64,000 bases of DNA, from positions 1 to 64,000 of the forward strand of contig CAXWPJ010000007.1 in the NCBI GenBank assembly GCA_963664115.2, given 5' to 3'. The stretch comes from Terriglobia bacterium (GTDB lineage: Bacteria; Acidobacteriota; Terriglobia; 20CM-2-55-15). Below are positions 20,135 to 29,322 of the stretch, piece after piece. The translations under genes and the position numbers were made by a program. The notes beneath the pieces are model-generated. The model searched no databases and was not told the origin of the DNA. It saw only the letters and a program-made list of their open reading frames with translations. How positions within the stretch are numbered: the stretch's first letter is position 1; each line of letters starts with the position of its first letter.

Positions 20135-21247
20135 ATGTCAAAACCGAAACAAAAGGCTAAGGGTCTCTTCAAGCGCCCTGGCTCTCCAAACTGGTTTATC
20201 CGTTACGCAGATCGTAACGGTCGAATCTGCCGGGAGAGCACGGGTACGTCTGAGAAGAAACTAGCCAAAGCGATACTGGACAAGAAGAGGACTCTCGTCG
20301 CAGAAAATCGGCAATTGGATGTCAAAAAAGTTTCCACTGCCACCTTCTACGAACTCTGCGAAGGTTACTGGGAAAGCCACGGATGGACGCTTCGGGCCAA
20401 TGGCATTCGGAACTTTCTCGACATCTGGAAACGCGGTATCGGGAATTTGCCGGTTCGGGAGATTACCAGTACCCGGATTGAGAGGTTTCTCAACCACCGT
20501 CAGTCGTCCGAGGACTGGAGCATTACGACTCGGAATCGGCATTTGACAATGGTCAAAGCTGTCTTCAATTGGGGCTGTAAGCGCAAAATGTGTGATGGCA
20601 ATCCGACGGATACGATTAGTCGTGACAAGAGAGCCGAGGAAGAAGCCAAGCGAGTTCGATACCTGACGACCGTTGAGATCGAGTGCCTCTTAGAATTAGC
20701 CAGTGACGTGTTCCGGCCAATCCTCCTGTGTGCCCTCCATAGCGGCATGAGGCGAGGTGAAATACTCAATCTCAAGTGGTCGGACGTGGATCTGCGATCC
20801 CGATTGATTACGGTGCGAAGTGCGAAGAGTGGGAAGCAACGAAAGATTCCAATCGACGACACGTTATTTTCCGCGCTGTCCAAACTGTCTTCACGATTCG
20901 GAGGAGAATTCGTATTTCCGTCTCCGATTAAACCCGGAGCCCCATATCGGGATATTCACCATACATGGGGACGACTGGTCAGGAAGGCTGGAATCACTGA
21001 TGTGCGCTTTCACGACTTACGCCACACATTTGCCAGTCATTTGGTAATGGCAGGAGTCGATATCAGAACGGTTCAGGAATTACTTGGTCACGCGACGCTG
21101 GCGATGACGGAACGGTACGCTCATCTGTCCCCCGACCATAGCAGTCGGGCGATCCAAGCACTCGATACCGCTCTCCAAAGTGACACAAAAACTGACACAG
21201 TGTCCTCACCCACCGCAGGTACCCCACCGCAAGTTGTTCATTCCTAA
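20135..21247 (+). CDS. Tyrosine recombinase / phage integrase
   Basis: SGMRRGE, K, HDLRH, LLGH and Y catalytic residues; abuts the tRNA 3' end. Confidence 0.95.
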   Translation: MSKPKQKAKGLFKRPGSPNWFIRYADRNGRICRESTGTSEKKLAKAILDKKRTLVAENRQLDVKKVSTATFYELCEGYWESHGWTLRANGIRNFLDIWKRGIGNLPVREITSTRIERFLNHRQSSEDWSITTRNRHLTMVKAVFNWGCKRKMCDGNPTDTISRDKRAEEEAKRVRYLTTVEIECLLELASDVFRPILLCALHSGMRRGEILNLKWSDVDLRSRLITVRSAKSGKQRKIPIDDTLFSALSKLSSRFGGEFVFPSPIKPGAPYRDIHHTWGRLVRKAGITDVRFHDLRHTFASHLVMAGVDIRTVQELLGHATLAMTERYAHLSPDHSSRAIQALDTALQSDTKTDTVSSPTAGTPPQVVHS

Positions 21248-21249
21248 AA

Positions 21250-21322
21250 TGAGCCGTGCCGGGATCGAACCGGCGACCCTCTGCTTAAAAGGCAGATGCT
21301 CTGCCAACTGAGCTAACGGCCC
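21250..21322 (-). tRNA. tRNA-Lys(TTT)
   Basis: GGGCCGTTAGCTCAGTTGGCAGAGCATCTGCCTTTTAAGCAGAGGGTCGCCGGTTCGATCCCGGCACGGCTCA folds as a cloverleaf. Confidence 0.96.
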
Positions 21323-21413
21323 GTCGTTTGAACTTCCTTATCGTAGCGCAGGAATCAAGGGAAGGCACGTGGGGATGGTTACAAAATATGGCGGGCGTCT
21401 GTCTCCGGCGCTC

Positions 21414-22700
21414 TCAAGGTACTTCGAGCGTCTCTTCCCGTTCCGGGCCTGTCGAGACCAGGCGGACCGGGCGCTCCATGAAGTCGGCAAGAAATCGGAT
21501 GTAGTCGCGGGTCTTTTCGGGAAGGTCGGACCACTCGCGCGTCCCCGCAATAGGGGTTTGCCACCCGGGAAAATTTTTATAGACCGGTTCGACCTGGGCC
21601 AAGATGTTGGCATCAGCCGGGAACTCATCGATCGCCGACCCTTTGTAGGTGTAGCCCACGCAGACAGGGATTTCTTCGAAGCTGTCCAGGACGTCGATCT
21701 TTGTGACGGCAATGGCCTCCATATCGTTCACCATCGCTGAATACCGCGCGGCCGCCCCGTCAAACCAACCGCAACGCCTGGGCCGTCCCGTAGTAGAACC
21801 ATACTCGTCCCCCTCGGCCCTCAGCCGTTCACCCATCGTGCCGTTGGCCTCGGTTGGAAACGGCCCACCCCCGACCCGCGTGGTGTAGGCCTTCATGATG
21901 CCCAGGACTGAATGAATGTGCTTGGGTGCGATCCCCAAGCCGCTGGGGATGCCGCATGCGGTTGAGCTGGATGAGGTCACATATGGGAAGGTGCCGTGGT
22001 CGACATCGAGCAAGGTGGCCTGAGCGCCTTCAAACAGAATCCGCTTGCCGTCCGCCAGCATTCTGTTAAGCAGTGTCGTCGTATCGACGAACAGAGGACG
22101 CAGTCGCTCGGCATAGCCGGCGTACGCATCGCATATCGGTTCGGGATCGATCTCCTGGGGATAGTTCAGTGCCTCCAGCGTCCGGTTCTTCTGTTCGACC
22201 TGTTCCCGGATCCGGTCGCCCAGAAGCTCAGGATTCATCAGGTCGCAGACCCGCAGGCCGCGCCGCGCCATCTTGTCTTCATAGGCCGGCCCTATTCCAC
22301 GAGATGTCGTTCCAATTTTCCTCTCTCCCATCTGGAGTTCCAGAGCGGCTTCCAATACTCGGTGGTAGGGCAGGATCAAATGGCATCGGTTGGAGACAAA
22401 CAGACGCCCTTCGGTTTCGATGCCGCTTTCGGCCAGTCCATCGCACTCTTCGATCAATGCCAGGGGATCGAGTACGACCCCGCTGCCGATAACACACTGA
22501 ATTTTGGAATGGAAAATTCCGGAGGGGATCAGGTGGAGGATGAATCGCTGGCTGCCGATCCGGATTGTGTGGCCTGCGTTGTGACCGCCCTGATAGCGAG
22601 CGACGACATCGAAGCTGTCGGAGAGGATGTCGATAATCTTGCCTTTGCCTTCGTCACCCCACTGCGCACCCACGACCGCAAGATTTTTGTTGTTCGCCAT
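21414..22700 (-). CDS. purA: Adenylosuccinate synthetase
   Basis: GAQWGDEGKGK, GGHNAGHT, TTGRPRRCGW. Confidence 0.98.
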   Translation of the reverse strand: MANNKNLAVVGAQWGDEGKGKIIDILSDSFDVVARYQGGHNAGHTIRIGSQRFILHLIPSGIFHSKIQCVIGSGVVLDPLALIEECDGLAESGIETEGRLFVSNRCHLILPYHRVLEAALELQMGERKIGTTSRGIGPAYEDKMARRGLRVCDLMNPELLGDRIREQVEQKNRTLEALNYPQEIDPEPICDAYAGYAERLRPLFVDTTTLLNRMLADGKRILFEGAQATLLDVDHGTFPYVTSSSSTACGIPSGLGIAPKHIHSVLGIMKAYTTRVGGGPFPTEANGTMGERLRAEGDEYGSTTGRPRRCGWFDGAAARYSAMVNDMEAIAVTKIDVLDSFEEIPVCVGYTYKGSAIDEFPADANILAQVEPVYKNFPGWQTPIAGTREWSDLPEKTRDYIRFLADFMERPVRLVSTGPEREETLEVP

Positions 22701-22735
22701 GGTCAGATCAAGTTAGGGATAGGTCGGGAGGGCTC

Positions 22736-23074
22736 TTACGCGTCATCGAAATAGTAGCCGCAGTCCTCGTCGATCTCTCTCAAGTCTTGCGGGACCAGAG
22801 GGAAAACCCGGCATTGCGCGAAGTGTTCCCCGTAGATTTCACAACTGAATTCCCCGTCGCTTTCCTGGAGGAAAGGGCACTTCAACAGGATCTTGCAACA
22901 GGCGCCGCAACGGGTGCATTCTCCGCGTCGCCTCGCGAGGAGCTGATCGTTGTCGCGAGTGTAGACGTTGGAGCGAATGAAGCGGCGAATTTTCCCCCGG
23001 ATCTGCAGCGCACGGAAGCGAATCTTCTCGACGGCCGGGGCAGAGCTTGGCGCATCTAGGACTGGTAGTTCCAC
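22736..23074 (-). CDS. YkgJ-like cysteine-cluster protein
   Basis: CxxCxxCC...CPFL...CxIY...C..FP...C. Confidence 0.7.
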   Translation of the reverse strand: MELPVLDAPSSAPAVEKIRFRALQIRGKIRRFIRSNVYTRDNDQLLARRRGECTRCGACCKILLKCPFLQESDGEFSCEIYGEHFAQCRVFPLVPQDLREIDEDCGYYFDDA

Positions 23075-23099
23075 TAATTACTCCGCTGGAAAGGTTCGT

Positions 23100-23429
23100 T
23101 CAGGAGAGATGCTTCGAGATCGCGCCTACAATCGTGTCCTTAGGCACCGCGCCGACGAGTTGTTCCTTGACTTGACCGTCCTTGAAAAGGAGCAGCGTCG
23201 GAATGCCTCGAATCTGAAAACGCGCTGACAGGCTGCTGTTTGCGTCCACATCGAGTTTGCCGACCTTTACCTTGCCCTGGTATTCCTCAGCAATCTCTTC
23301 GACCGTGGGTGCCAAGGCCCGGCATGGACCACACCACGCAGCCCAAAAATCGATGAGCACGGGCACGTCGGATTTCTCAACTTCGGCTTCGAAGTTCGAG
23401 TCTGTGATTTCTACGGTATGAGCTCCCAT
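23100..23429 (-). CDS. trxA: Thioredoxin
   Basis: WCGPC, GIPTL. Confidence 0.97.
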   Translation of the reverse strand: MGAHTVEITDSNFEAEVEKSDVPVLIDFWAAWCGPCRALAPTVEEIAEEYQGKVKVGKLDVDANSSLSARFQIRGIPTLLLFKDGQVKEQLVGAVPKDTIVGAISKHLS

Positions 23430-23564
23430 CAGTGACTCCGGATGATGTTCAGGCGCACGCTCAGTACGTTAGCGGACGCCTCCGGAAAAGTCAATCAGGT
23501 GTCTCGCACAAGGTGGGTGGCGTGGATAAGGGAATGCGGTGGTGGGAGAGATCTGGACCAGACT

Positions 23565-23780
23565 TCAGGCCGAAACGTCAACCCTCACACCCTGTTCCTC
23601 GGATTTGACATGACCCTCGGGTGTGTAAAGTTTTTCGTTGGAATACTTTGCCTTAGCTTTGACTCTCCGGCGTTTCGGGTTTTGTTGTCGGCGCCGTCCG
23701 GAGTTGTCTGATGGCTGGGTTCGTTGGAGTGATCCAAGAACCGGAATCGCGGTGGTCGGTATGATTGTGTTCGAGTCCAT
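23565..23780 (-). CDS. Small hypothetical protein
   Basis: SD-like GAGG; 71 aa ending GVRVDVSA. Confidence 0.45.
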   Translation of the reverse strand: MDSNTIIPTTAIPVLGSLQRTQPSDNSGRRRQQNPKRRRVKAKAKYSNEKLYTPEGHVKSEEQGVRVDVSA

Positions 23781-23912
23781 GACAAAACCCTCTATCCTGA
23801 TCACTGTATCGGCATCAACCTGATCGAACTTTAAGGTATATTCCCTCCCACAGTCATCCTTGACCTTCACCCGGCACGGGGATGCGGAGACCGACCCAGA
23901 GCAGGAGTTCAA

Positions 23913-25193
23913 GTGTCGTTCAACAGCCATAGAAAATTGCGTCCCGAGGGCATTGTGATCAGTGGATTCGGTTGTCTGACGCCTGCGGGAAACAGCCGCG
24001 AATGCCTCTGGACGTCTTTTCGGGAAGGCAGGAGCGGCGTGGGCCGGATCGAAAGATTCGATCCCTCGCCTTTCCCGGTGCAGATCGCCGGTGAAGTTCG
24101 GGGCGTTGATCCCTTCGACAACGTGTCCGCTAAAGAGCGACGACACATATCGCGAGCCGCGGTTCTCGCCATCGGAGCGACACGTCTGGCGCTTCGAGAC
24201 GCCAAGTTAGATCCCGCATGTCTATCCTTAGGTGCCCGGCAGCAGATGGGTGTCATCCTCGGCAGCGGAGGTGGCGGCCTGGAGTTTACCGAGAGGCAGT
24301 ATGGCCATTACTACCGGGAGGAGTTAAAAAAGGCCAGCGTGTATACGATTCCCACCTCAACAACCGGGTCGCTCAGCAGTGAGGTCTCAATTGCCTTTGG
24401 GCTTCATGGACCGAGTCACGTCGTGTCAACCGGATGCACCAGTTCCACCGACGCGATTTTCTATGCATGTCAATCCATCCTGAGTGGTCAGACCGACGTC
24501 GTCATAAGCGGCGGGGCCGACGCGCCCCTGGCACCCGGCATTTTGTCCGGATTCTGCCTGATGCGGGTTCTGACCCAGTCATGGAACGAGGATCCGGAAG
24601 CCGGCTCACGGCCGTTTTCCCAAGACCGGGATGGCTTCGTCCTGGGAGAGGGAAGTTGGATTTATGTTCTGGAGAGCGAGCGTTCAGCGCAGGCACGGGG
24701 GGCTCGGATCTATGCGGAGGTGGCCGGATATGGATCTACCTGCGATGCCTACCACCGGGTGCGGCTCGATGAATCCGGCGTGGAACCCGCACGGGCCATG
24801 ACACTGGCTCTCGAAGACGCCGGCGTCCGGCCCGAGGAGTTGGACTACGTCAACCTGCATGGAACCTCTACCGTTCTTAACGATCGAATAGAGACACGGG
24901 CGCTCAAGGTCAGCCTGGGCGATGCGGCGTTCCGTACACCCATGAGCGCTTCGAAGTCTGTGTTTGGCCACCCACAGGGAGCCAGCGGTGCGGCGGGCGT
25001 GAGTGCGGTACTGTTTGCAATGGATGAAGGGCTGATACCACCCACGCTCAATCTCATCAATCCCGATTCGGAATGCGATCTTGACTACACGCCACTGTCC
25101 GCACGCAAGCGAGCAGTGCGCTATGGCCTCGCCAACTGCATCGGTTTCGGGTCCAAGAATTCGGCCCTCGTCCTGAAGAATCACGATGCCTGA
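23913..25193 (+). CDS. Beta-ketoacyl-ACP synthase II-like ketosynthase
   Basis: Cys-His-His triad in TGCTSS, HGTST and GHPQGA; C-terminal IGFGSKN. Confidence 0.9.
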   Translation: MSFNSHRKLRPEGIVISGFGCLTPAGNSRECLWTSFREGRSGVGRIERFDPSPFPVQIAGEVRGVDPFDNVSAKERRHISRAAVLAIGATRLALRDAKLDPACLSLGARQQMGVILGSGGGGLEFTERQYGHYYREELKKASVYTIPTSTTGSLSSEVSIAFGLHGPSHVVSTGCTSSTDAIFYACQSILSGQTDVVISGGADAPLAPGILSGFCLMRVLTQSWNEDPEAGSRPFSQDRDGFVLGEGSWIYVLESERSAQARGARIYAEVAGYGSTCDAYHRVRLDESGVEPARAMTLALEDAGVRPEELDYVNLHGTSTVLNDRIETRALKVSLGDAAFRTPMSASKSVFGHPQGASGAAGVSAVLFAMDEGLIPPTLNLINPDSECDLDYTPLSARKRAVRYGLANCIGFGSKNSALVLKNHDA

Positions 25194-25869
25194 CTTGGGG
25201 CAGAGAATCGACACTGCGGAGATGATGGATGACCCGACGCTTGGGCCGAAAGAATTTCTGAAGGCGTATGACGAACTGGGAACGATCAACCGATATCTTG
25301 GCGGCGTGCGCGCGGTTCAGCGTTTCCTTCCTCCTCCGACGAAGGGGCCTCCTCGAACGAAGAGGCCCGCTCCGGCCAGGGGCCTCGTATTGGATGTAGC
25401 AGCGGGAGCGTGCGATATCGGCGATCGCTTGATCGAAAGTGGTCGATGGCAGGTCGTCGGCCTGGATTTGAACAGCGCAGGCCTCTCCCTTGCCAAAAGA
25501 ACGTTTCCCGTAGTCGGCGATGCCTTCAACCTCCCTTTCGCCGATAACACCTTCGATTGCGTGACGGCATCGTTGTTTTTTCATCATCTCTCGGACGCGG
25601 ATTGCAGCCGAATCCTTCGCGGAATGTTTCGCGTTGCCCGCAGACGGGTAATCGTCAACGATTTACACCGGGCACAGGCTGCGTACTGGTCGATCTACGC
25701 GCTGACACGCTTGTTGGGCAGCAGCACCATGGTCCAAAACGACGGACCGCTGTCTGTGCGCCGTGCGTTCCGGCCGGATGAACTGATCGCCATCGCCCGC
25801 AGCGCCGGATTTGAGGGGCGGGTGCACCGCAGCTTCCCGTATCGTCTTGTGTTGGTCGTCGACAAGTAG
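25186..25869 (+). CDS. SAM-dependent methyltransferase
   Basis: EMMDD, VLDVAAGACD, SLFFHH, NDLHR, DGPLSVRRAF. Confidence 0.88.
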   Translation: MPDLGQRIDTAEMMDDPTLGPKEFLKAYDELGTINRYLGGVRAVQRFLPPPTKGPPRTKRPAPARGLVLDVAAGACDIGDRLIESGRWQVVGLDLNSAGLSLAKRTFPVVGDAFNLPFADNTFDCVTASLFFHHLSDADCSRILRGMFRVARRRVIVNDLHRAQAAYWSIYALTRLLGSSTMVQNDGPLSVRRAFRPDELIAIARSAGFEGRVHRSFPYRLVLVVDK

Positions 25870-25901
25870 AACAACCGAAAAGACACCGGATCAGCAACGC
25901 A

Positions 25902-26927
25902 TTGAAAGGAAAAACGACATGCGAAATCAAGCGTCATCAGGTTCTGATTATTGGCGGTGGCCTCGCAGGTGCTGCCGCGACGATTGCCCTCTCTCGCGCT
26001 GGCGTGGATGCCCGCGCCCTGGATCGGGATCAATTTCCTCGGCGGAAAGTGTGTGGCGGCTTCCTGTCCCCCGGCGCCATCCGGTGTTTGGACGATCTGG
26101 GTGTTCTCCGCCGGCTGCGGTCCGAAGGTGCGGTTCGGGTGCGGCGCGCGCGCGTCCGACTGGGTGAGAACGAAATCGATATTCCATTTGATACAGCCGG
26201 TCTGGGAGTTTCCCGGGAGCGCCTGGACCAGATACTGGCCGAGGCAGCGGGTGTCCGTTCCCGACATTTCGTGAATAACGTAGAGCGTTTGAAAAAGGGA
26301 TTCCGTGTTCACGGCACCGCACCCGAAGGTCGAAGTTTTCGCCTGGACGCCGATGTTGTGATCGATGCCGCGGGGAAGTTGAGCCGATTGACCCGCAGGT
26401 TGATTCGTCCCGAATTTGGCGTTCAGTACTATGAGCAGCGCTCCCTCGGTTCCACTCTTGAATTTTCTTTCTTTCCGGGCGGCTACGGGGGTTCGGTGTC
26501 CGTCGAGGGTGGCCGGGTCAATACCTGTTTTCTGGTGGACAGAACCCGCGTCGCGGCATTCCTCGGCCGCGAAGGGTGCATTGTTACCGGATCGGTGGGA
26601 TACACTCGGACGCGGGGCCCATACCTGGCCGTCGGGGATGCCGCCGGAATGATCGACCCGTTTTGTGGTGAGGGCATCCGCCACGCCCTCGAATCGGGAC
26701 GCTTGGCCGGCCAAATCGTTTCCGAAGGACTGGTTGCCGGGCTTTCATATGCAGGTATGAGGGAATCCTATGATCGTGGCTGCGCCGAGACCTGGCGTCA
26801 GAAACGAACCTTGGGTTCCATCCTGCGGTGGGTTCTCGATCACAGGCTAGCTAAGGGTGCTGCTTTCGCGCTCGGCGGGCAGTATCCCGGCGTGGGGCGC
26901 AGACTCCTCCATCAACTCTGGAAGTAG
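25902..26927 (+). CDS. NAD(P)/FAD-dependent oxidoreductase (geranylgeranyl reductase-like)
   Basis: IIGGGLAG, KVCGGF, GDAAGMIDPFCGEG. Confidence 0.88.
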   Translation: MKGKTTCEIKRHQVLIIGGGLAGAAATIALSRAGVDARALDRDQFPRRKVCGGFLSPGAIRCLDDLGVLRRLRSEGAVRVRRARVRLGENEIDIPFDTAGLGVSRERLDQILAEAAGVRSRHFVNNVERLKKGFRVHGTAPEGRSFRLDADVVIDAAGKLSRLTRRLIRPEFGVQYYEQRSLGSTLEFSFFPGGYGGSVSVEGGRVNTCFLVDRTRVAAFLGREGCIVTGSVGYTRTRGPYLAVGDAAGMIDPFCGEGIRHALESGRLAGQIVSEGLVAGLSYAGMRESYDRGCAETWRQKRTLGSILRWVLDHRLAKGAAFALGGQYPGVGRRLLHQLWK

Positions 26928-26969
26928 TCCGGGCCAGTCTCGGGACAGCCGAGGGCGCCCTGTCTGAAA

Positions 26970-28109
26970 ATGGACATCGTTCTCTACATCCTGTCATTTA
27001 TAGCGATAAGTCAAGGGATAATATCCCTAAGGGATGGTCGTCGAAACTTAAAGTATACCTTAACCTATAGTGCCGCCCATGTCGCCGACCGGCCTGTCGT
27101 CGTCTTCTGTCCCGTAAAAGATGCGGATATCGACCTGGCGGCCAACATCGACTCCTTGTTGACGCAAACCCACAGCGCCTATCGGGTCGTCTTCATTGTG
27201 GATTCAGAGACGGATCCGGCGTTTCCGATTCTGTCTGCCAGTCGCGGGGAAGTGCTGGTCGCAGGTCATGCCCACCAATGCGGGCAAAAGGTCCACAACC
27301 TGATCCATGGGGTCCTCACCCGAGGCAACGACGGCGACACCTTTGTTTTTTGCGACGCGGACGTGCGCTTTCCGTCCGACTGGTTGCGGCATCTGGTCGC
27401 GCCGCTGGAAGACCCGGTGATCGGAGCCACGACGGGTTACCGCTGGTACGTGGGTTCTGGGCCGGGCCTGGCTACGCGGGTCCGGTCGGCATGGAATGCG
27501 ACGGTCGTTGGGTTTCTCGGACCCCATTCGAGAAATTTCGTTTGGGGAGGATCCACCGCGATACGGAGGGTGACTTTTGAAAGTGCGCGGGTTCTCGATC
27601 AGTGGCACGGTGCTCTCAGCGATGATTATGCTCTGACCACCGCCGTCCGCAGGGCCGGACTTCGAATCGTCTATGTGCCGATCTGTCTGCTTCCGTCCAA
27701 CGACCGCTGCACATGGGGGCAATTGATGGAATTCACCACACGGCAGATCCTGATCACCCGTGTATATGCCCCGCAGATATGGACGCTCGGTCTGGTGACT
27801 TATACGCTCTTCAATACGACGTTTTTGTGGCTCACGTTTCGGATGTTCAGTGAGTGGAAGTTGTTCCTTCCCTGGGTGCTCATTTATGGACTGGCTATCG
27901 TGCGGGCGGATTTGCGATTCCAGGCCGCCGCGCATGTACTCAAGGATATTTCGCTCCTCGGTCATCGCTGGTTTTACCGGCTCTCTCCGCCTCTGACTGC
28001 TTTGCTCTACGAGTGGAATTTTCTGCGCACGATCGTCGGTCGCCGTCTGGTCTGGAAGGGCATTCCATACACGCTGGTTTCATCGAGGGAAACGCGAGTG
28101 GAGCGGTGA
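26970..28109 (+). CDS. GT2/GT21 glycosyltransferase (ceramide/hopanoid glucosyltransferase-like)
   Basis: N-terminal TM, KVHNL, DAD, SDDY, C-terminal TMs. Confidence 0.82.
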   Translation: MDIVLYILSFIAISQGIISLRDGRRNLKYTLTYSAAHVADRPVVVFCPVKDADIDLAANIDSLLTQTHSAYRVVFIVDSETDPAFPILSASRGEVLVAGHAHQCGQKVHNLIHGVLTRGNDGDTFVFCDADVRFPSDWLRHLVAPLEDPVIGATTGYRWYVGSGPGLATRVRSAWNATVVGFLGPHSRNFVWGGSTAIRRVTFESARVLDQWHGALSDDYALTTAVRRAGLRIVYVPICLLPSNDRCTWGQLMEFTTRQILITRVYAPQIWTLGLVTYTLFNTTFLWLTFRMFSEWKLFLPWVLIYGLAIVRADLRFQAAAHVLKDISLLGHRWFYRLSPPLTALLYEWNFLRTIVGRRLVWKGIPYTLVSSRETRVER

Positions 28110-28123
28110 GTCACGGCTGAGTC

Positions 28124-28431
28124 GGTGGTGTCTCAGTTGAAAAGTTTATATGCGGCCGAGAGGGGGATTTCGCTCGGTCGTTCAATCGGACATCCTGTCC
28201 GAACGACCGGCGACCCCCGCCATCATCCTGATGGCGGGGCCTATTAAGCACACTGACCCGTTAAAGCCGTCCCCGGAAGATCCGCAGCGGTCCCCCGGTG
28301 CGGATGGACCGCATTCAGAATAAAGAGGCGGAGCCTCGGCGTCAGCGGAGGCAGCAAAGCTGACGCGTCGGTGGAAGCAGATCATTCGATCAAGTCCGAA
28401 ATCACCTGCGTTTTTCAACTGAGACATTACT
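28124..28431. other. 308-bp IR-bounded, hairpin-rich element (MITE or ncRNA)
   Basis: Perfect 15-bp IR TGTCTCAGTTGAAAA at 28129-28143 and 28412-28426; GTC on both flanks; internal hairpins. Confidence 0.6.
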
Positions 28432-28479
28432 GTCCGCCCGTGTAGGGCGCGAGGGCCCGAATCTGCTAGGATGGATCCT

Positions 28480-29322
28480 ATGCCAGCAACGGTGAAACCC
28501 GTTCGGGTTCCTGATCTCGTGGCCATGAAGAGCAATGGCGAAAAGATCACGATGCTGACCGCATACGATGCCACGATGGCACGCCTCCTGGATGTTGCCG
28601 GTATTGATGTCCTGCTTGTCGGCGACTCGCTCGGGATGGTTGTCATGGGCTATGAGACCACCGTCCCGGTGACTCTCGACATGATGCTCCACCACTGCAA
28701 AGCGGTGGTTCGTGGCACACGGCGTGCTCTGGTGGTGGCCGACCTGCCTTTTCTGACCTATCAGATCGACCGAGCGGAAACGTTGCGGAATGCGGGTCGG
28801 CTGATTCAGGACGGCGGAGCAGCGGCGGTTAAGATCGAAGGCGGTCATGCGATCCTCGATGCGGCACGCCGGCTCCGGGACGCAGGCATCCCGGTCATGG
28901 GACATTTAGGATTAACGCCTCAATCCGTTCATCAGATCGGGGGCTTCCGTCCTCAGGCCCAGACGGTGGAAGATGGGGAAACGCTCATAGAGGATGCCAT
29001 TGCCCTGGAGAGCGCAGGTGCTTTCGCCATCGTCCTGGAGTCCATACCTGCTGAAATTGCTGAGCGGGTGACCGCGTCAGTTGCTGTCCCAACGATAGGG
29101 ATCGGCGCGGGTCCCGGCTGTGACGGGCAGGTGCTGGTGAGTTACGACATGCTGGGTCTGTTCGATCAGTTTGTTCCCTCATTCGTCAAGCAGTACGCCA
29201 ACCTGAGTCAAACCGTAAAGGACGCCGCCGGAGCCTATGCCGATGATGTCCGGTCGGGCCGCTTTCCCAAACCCGGTAGCCCTAAAAAGCACGTCGAAAC
29301 GCTCGGTGAGCGGAATCCATGA
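28480..29322 (+). CDS. panB: 3-methyl-2-oxobutanoate hydroxymethyltransferase
   Basis: LTAYD, LVGDSLG, GHLGLTPQS, GIGAG. Confidence 0.97.
   Translation: MPATVKPVRVPDLVAMKSNGEKITMLTAYDATMARLLDVAGIDVLLVGDSLGMVVMGYETTVPVTLDMMLHHCKAVVRGTRRALVVADLPFLTYQIDRAETLRNAGRLIQDGGAAAVKIEGGHAILDAARRLRDAGIPVMGHLGLTPQSVHQIGGFRPQAQTVEDGETLIEDAIALESAGAFAIVLESIPAEIAERVTASVAVPTIGIGAGPGCDGQVLVSYDMLGLFDQFVPSFVKQYANLSQTVKDAAGAYADDVRSGRFPKPGSPKKHVETLGERNP

Larger units (their letters stand above)
7065..21250. mobile_element. Integrative, satellite-like island at tRNA-Lys; left boundary deleted or not visible
   Basis: Integrase next to tRNA, HTH genes, replication ATPase and defence cargo; no second att found. Confidence 0.7.

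Noticed and set aside
28150-28175. tRNA-like end GGCCGAGAGGGGGATT
   Set aside because: No T-loop or cloverleaf; it is part of the IR-bounded element
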